A stretch of DNA of 64,000 nt from an uncultured virus (IMG/VR IMGVR_UViG_3300021399_000011). Taxonomy: Duplodnaviria; Heunggongvirae; Uroviricota; Caudoviricetes. The stretch's first letter is position 1; each line of letters starts with the position of its first letter. Shown here one piece after another: positions 60,914 through 64,000 of this stretch. A program made the translations under genes and the position numbers. The notes beneath the pieces are model-generated. The model did not search any database and was not told where the DNA came from. It was given only the letters and a program-made list of their open reading frames with translations. The stretch lies in IMG/VR virus record IMGVR_UViG_3300021399_000011, one strand, 5' to 3'.

Positions 60914-61262
60914 TCTTGCTATCCCCTTTCTGCATATAAGCAGCCAGTTCGCCCATGAGCCGAATCACTTCGGCCTGCGACAGATTCGCTACCCTCGGCA
61001 TGATCTCATCACGAATAACGTCCACATTGCCCGTCACTTCGGTGGTGGGCTTTTTTGTTTCTGTATCGCTAAGTAATTCTTCAACACTTACATTGAAGTA
61101 TTCGGCAAATCGCATGAGCACGTTATCTCTTGGAACAGACCCATTTTTCTTCCATCCGGTTACTGTTCCAGAACTCTTTACGCCACCGATGTTCCTTGCG
61201 ACTACATTTGGAGCTTTTCCAACTTCATCGCATAGCCGCACGAAATTGTTATAAAACGACAA
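60906..61262 (-). CDS. CI-like XRE/HTH repressor
   Basis: GAGGTG RBS and TTG start; VARNIG...GTVTGWKK.GS.P......FAEYFNVSVEELL; divergent from cro. Confidence 0.8.
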   Translation of the reverse strand: MSFYNNFVRLCDEVGKAPNVVARNIGGVKSSGTVTGWKKNGSVPRDNVLMRFAEYFNVSVEELLSDTETKKPTTEVTGNVDVIRDEIMPRVANLSQAEVIRLMGELAAYMQKGDSKNE

Positions 61263-61270
61263 ATTCACCA

Positions 61271-61480
61271 CCTCATTTTTATCAGTTTTGCCAAATGTGA
61301 GAAAAATGAGAAAAACCACTTTACAAAATGAGAAAAATGAGATAAGATAGCCTTGCACTTGCGGATAAGGGTGCAAAAACACGACCCCTCAGAGAGTGGC
61401 TTTTCAAAATATTTGTTGGCACTCATATTTTATCAGCACTCTCCGGGGATGTCAATAAGAAAACTCATATTTGTGAGAAA
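61271..61480. promoter_or_regulatory. Lysis-lysogeny switch region with repeated TGAGAAAAATGAG/CTCAT(A/T)TTT operator-like boxes
   Basis: AAATGAG/CTCAT motifs recur several times between the divergent cI and cro genes. Confidence 0.55.
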
Positions 61481-61495
61481 GGAGAGTGATAACCT

Positions 61496-61687
61496 TTGAC
61501 GCTCAAAGAGCGAAGAAAGGCTGCGGGACTCACGCAGCAGGAACTTGGTACCATGATTGGTGTCGATCAGTCGGCCATCCACTTATGGGAAGCCGGAAAG
61601 ACAAAGCCCCGAAAGGCGCATCTGGCGGAACTCGCCAAACTGTATAAGTGCTCCGAAAAGGAGCTGACCCAGGATTTAGACCAGTGA
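61496..61687 (+). CDS. cro: Cro-like HTH protein
   Basis: LKERRKAAGLTQQELG..IGVDQSAI..WE.GK..P; AAGGAG RBS. Confidence 0.85.
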   Translation: MTLKERRKAAGLTQQELGTMIGVDQSAIHLWEAGKTKPRKAHLAELAKLYKCSEKELTQDLDQ

Positions 61688-61733
61688 GCCGACACTGGTG
61701 AATGCAAACAAGATGAAGAAAGGAACATAAAAC

Positions 61734-62318
61734 ATGAAGTATCTGGAAGTAACTTGGAACGGCACCTCCCCCCTCATTGAGAACTCTCCCAAATGTGTCA
61801 ACCCCCTTCACCCCATCGCCAAAGAGAAGAGCGCACTGACTTCCAAGCGGAAGAAAACCGAAGAGGATCTGGAGAAAATCTCCGACCTCGAATGGGAAGC
61901 CGGTGTCTACTGGGACGATAACATCGGCCTGGTCATCCCCAACGAGTGCATCGCAGCGACAATCCTCAATGGGGCAAAGATGAACAAGAACGGCTCTGCG
62001 ATCCAGAAGTACGTTCAGGTGGTTGACAGCCTTGCACCGCTCGACATCGGAGAGGTTCAGAACTACGAGAAGATGAAGGTCGATCCCCGATTCCGCGATG
62101 TCCGTACCGTCTGCGTCATGCGTTCGCGTGTCATTCGCACCCGCCCCCGGTTCAACACTTGGCGTGTCCGCTTCAAGCTGATGTATGACGAGTCGAAAAT
62201 TGATGTCGATGACATCGCCCTCGCTGTTGAGAACGCTGGTAACTATGTCGGTCTGTGCGAGATGCGGAAGATGGGCTACGGTCGTTTCGCCGCTTCCATC
62301 TCTGAAGTCGAAGCCTAA
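61734..62318 (+). CDS. Stand-alone RAMP/Cas7-like RNA-binding protein
   Basis: Beta1 plus GTSPL; IP...I...I..GA helix; RTRPRF..W...F.L; C-terminal Gly-rich loop GNYVGLCEMRKMGYGRF; AAGGA RBS; no other cas genes in the window. Confidence 0.75.
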   Translation: MKYLEVTWNGTSPLIENSPKCVNPLHPIAKEKSALTSKRKKTEEDLEKISDLEWEAGVYWDDNIGLVIPNECIAATILNGAKMNKNGSAIQKYVQVVDSLAPLDIGEVQNYEKMKVDPRFRDVRTVCVMRSRVIRTRPRFNTWRVRFKLMYDESKIDVDDIALAVENAGNYVGLCEMRKMGYGRFAASISEVEA

Positions 62319-62329
62319 CTGATTTTTAC

Positions 62330-62359
62330 GGGGAGCCGTGTGCTCCGGCTCCCCCTTTT
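62330..62359 (+). terminator. Hairpin between the RAMP gene and the array (terminator or processing element)
   Basis: GGGGAGCCG-TGTGCTC-CGGCTCCCC-CTTTT. Confidence 0.65.
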
Positions 62360-62368
62360 GGAATATAT

Positions 62369-62635
62369 GTTTCGGCTTGGTATCGTAGGGTTCTGTTCGG
62401 TACGGCTTCTAAGGTTTGATGTGGTAGGGCATGGTAGTGTTCGCTACGGATTATAAGTTCCGTTACGCAAGGGTATGGCTTGGTTGGCTTTGGTTAGGTA
62501 TCTACGGATTGGTTAGGCGCGGATAGGTAAGGCTTGTTATGGTCTGCTGCGGATTATTCGGTGGAGCATGGTTAGGTCAGGTCTGGTCTGGTGGGGATTC
62601 TTCGGTGCGGACAGATAAATCTTTGGTGCGGATAA
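62369..62635 (+). repeat. Non-coding array of 5-nt GGY-NN units in about five blocks; candidate guide RNA(s)
   Basis: For example 62511-62555 GGT-TA GGC-GC GGA-TA GGT-AA GGC-TT GTT-AT GGT-CT GCT-GC GGA-TT; blocks end in GG(A/C)TT; no ORF in the track covers it. Confidence 0.85.
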
Positions 62636-62656
62636 ATCTCAAATAGGAGGCAAAAG

Positions 62657-63106
62657 ATGAACAGGAAGGATAAGGTGGACAAAATCGTGGAAACATTCGC
62701 CTGTATGGACTACGGCGAATCCATGACCCACGGACAGATTGCCGAACTTGTCGGTGTGAAGAAGACAGACAGCGAGTACCGCTATCTGATCCATCAGTCG
62801 CAGAAGCATCTGCTTGACCACGGGAAAATGGTCGAGAGTATTCGCGGCGTAGGTTACAGGGTGGTCAACCCCGATGACTATACGGCGGTATCTTCCCGGT
62901 ACATGACCACGGGAGTGCGGTGCATCAACAAGAGCGCCAATGTACTGGCCCACGCACCAGTAGCCAGTATGACGCCGGAGGGATTGCAGGCTTACAACCA
63001 CGTCCGTGATCGGATGGCAATTCTACAGGCGGCTGTGACCGGGGCAAAGGTTGAAATCAATATGCTCGCCCAGAAGCGGGAACACCCTCTGGCGGTGAAG
63101 CGATGA
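62657..63106 (+). CDS. Winged-helix-like protein, candidate accessory of the RAMP-array locus
   Basis: AGGAGG RBS; YGESMTHGQIAELVG ... ESIRGVGYRVV wing motif. Confidence 0.6.
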   Translation: MNRKDKVDKIVETFACMDYGESMTHGQIAELVGVKKTDSEYRYLIHQSQKHLLDHGKMVESIRGVGYRVVNPDDYTAVSSRYMTTGVRCINKSANVLAHAPVASMTPEGLQAYNHVRDRMAILQAAVTGAKVEINMLAQKREHPLAVKR

Positions 63107-63333
63107 TACCCAGCGCACCGTGTATGAAAGACGGCATTGACTGCGACAATCGCAACGTCGGATGCCAGTCGAAGTGTGATGCGTACAAGGCATTCCGCGC
63201 CGCCATCGACAAGGCCAATGCCGAGCGGCACAAGGAGGATGTGAGTAAGCAGTACGCATCAGACATGATCTGGCGAGACCGCCAGAAACTGAAGTACACC
63301 GCCGATGGGAGACGGGTATTAGGCCAGAGGTGA
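63103..63333 (+). CDS. Small Cys-rich phage protein
   Basis: PC.....C..R.VGC.SKC.AY pattern; ATGA coupling. Confidence 0.6.
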   Translation: MIPSAPCMKDGIDCDNRNVGCQSKCDAYKAFRAAIDKANAERHKEDVSKQYASDMIWRDRQKLKYTADGRRVLGQR

Positions 63334-63339
63334 TTCCCC

Positions 63340-63585
63340 ATGCCGAGAGTGAATCTCAACCAGAACAAGCTGACTACGGATCGTAGGCAACTGCTCTACT
63401 CCCGCTACGGCGGATTCATGACGATTCAAAACGTCATGGCAGAACTGGGCGTGAGCCGCAACACCGCAAAGAAGTTTGCGGCCACGCTCCCCGCCTACTC
63501 CCTCACCGGGAAGCCTGTATATGACGTTAATGATGTGGCGACAAAAATCGAAGCCACACGCACTCCACCGAAGGAGGCTCAATGA
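63340..63585 (+). CDS. HTH/excisionase-like DNA-binding protein
   Basis: FMT..NV.AELGVSRNTA ... Y.V.DVA pattern; GAGGTG RBS. Confidence 0.55.
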   Translation: MPRVNLNQNKLTTDRRQLLYSRYGGFMTIQNVMAELGVSRNTAKKFAATLPAYSLTGKPVYDVNDVATKIEATRTPPKEAQ

Positions 63586-63800
63586 ACAACACAATCCCCT
63601 ACGCAGTCCGTCCGTGGGACGGCCCATTCGCCAAATCTGAAACGCCGGAGAAACGCCACAAACGGTACATCCCGGCCCAGATGCCACCGCAGAGGGAAAT
63701 AGATATGTGCTTGAGCTGTCCGCTTCCTGATTGTGATGGCTCGGAACGGAAGTGCCGGAGCTACCGCGCACACTACGTTGCGAAGAGGGTACACCAATGA
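63582..63800 (+). CDS. Small Cys-rich hypothetical protein
   Basis: GGAGG RBS; AVRPW ... IDMCLSCP..DC. Confidence 0.6.
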   Translation: MNNTIPYAVRPWDGPFAKSETPEKRHKRYIPAQMPPQREIDMCLSCPLPDCDGSERKCRSYRAHYVAKRVHQ

Positions 63801-64000
63801 CAACTCAGGAGATGGTTCGTAGCGCAACACGCGCCGTAAAGCCGTGGGCGAGCTTGGATGCTACGGTTTACGATCTGCGTACCGTCAGCAAGTCCGACGT
63901 GTTCACCGACCAGGCAACCATTGAAATCTGTCTGAACTGTCCTCGCACCGAGTGCTGTAACTGTCTCGACGGGTGGAAATCCATATCGGCCATACGGCCA
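63797..64000 (+). CDS. Paralogue of the preceding gene, 3'-truncated by the window edge
   Basis: ATGA-coupled; MTTQEMVRSATRAVKPWASLD...IEICLNCPRTECCNC. Confidence 0.55.
   Translation, partial: MTTQEMVRSATRAVKPWASLDATVYDLRTVSKSDVFTDQATIEICLNCPRTECCNCLDGWKSISAIRP

Noticed and set aside
62369..62635. Canonical CRISPR array or simple microsatellite
   Set aside because: No 25-45 nt identical repeats with unique spacers; and unlike a slippage microsatellite, two positions of each 5-mer vary freely while three are conserved.
1..64000. Diversity-generating retroelement or retron
   Set aside because: No reverse transcriptase motif (YxDD context) and no adenine-specific TR/VR pair was seen in this window.
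1..64000. Stop-codon reassignment
   Set aside because: Genes are full length in the standard code, no suppressor anticodon was found, and only one internal stop (24778) was noticed.

Overview
A 64-kb segment of a temperate tailed phage, siphovirus-like, probably infecting a moderately GC-rich Clostridia/Firmicutes host (inferred from AGGAGG RBSs, GH25 lysin and InlB-B-repeat and Ig-like virion domains). Layout: (i) 1-25.2 kb, + strand head, neck, tail and lysis genes, with tRNA-Thr(UGU) and tRNA-Gln(UUG) embedded. (ii) 25.3-45.9 kb, a - strand block of about 50 mostly small early-type ORFs, including an IscS-like cysteine desulfurase and a second tyrosine recombinase. (iii) 46-48.2 kb, a control region with an ECF-like phage sigma factor, exact copies of a candidate cognate promoter, tandem NrdR-like boxes and AT-rich repeats. 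(iv) 48.5-50.4 kb, a dense RNA cluster of four tRNAs, several tRNA-like or pseudoknotted RNAs and two tandem sRNA units. (v) 50.7-58.7 kb, two DNA methyltransferases, a radical SAM protein, an NDT-like protein, a GNAT and ThyX. (vi) 58.9-61.7 kb, attP (3' half of tRNA-Thr(CGU)), integrase, repressor and cro. The top finding lies directly behind cro: a stand-alone RAMP/Cas7-like gene (61734-62318), followed by a non-coding array of 5-nt GGY-NN units organised into about five ~45-nt blocks (62369-62635), then a winged-helix-like gene. This is a candidate RNA-guided system whose guide information would lie in the variable dinucleotides. All protein assignments come from motif recognition by eye; no searches were run.
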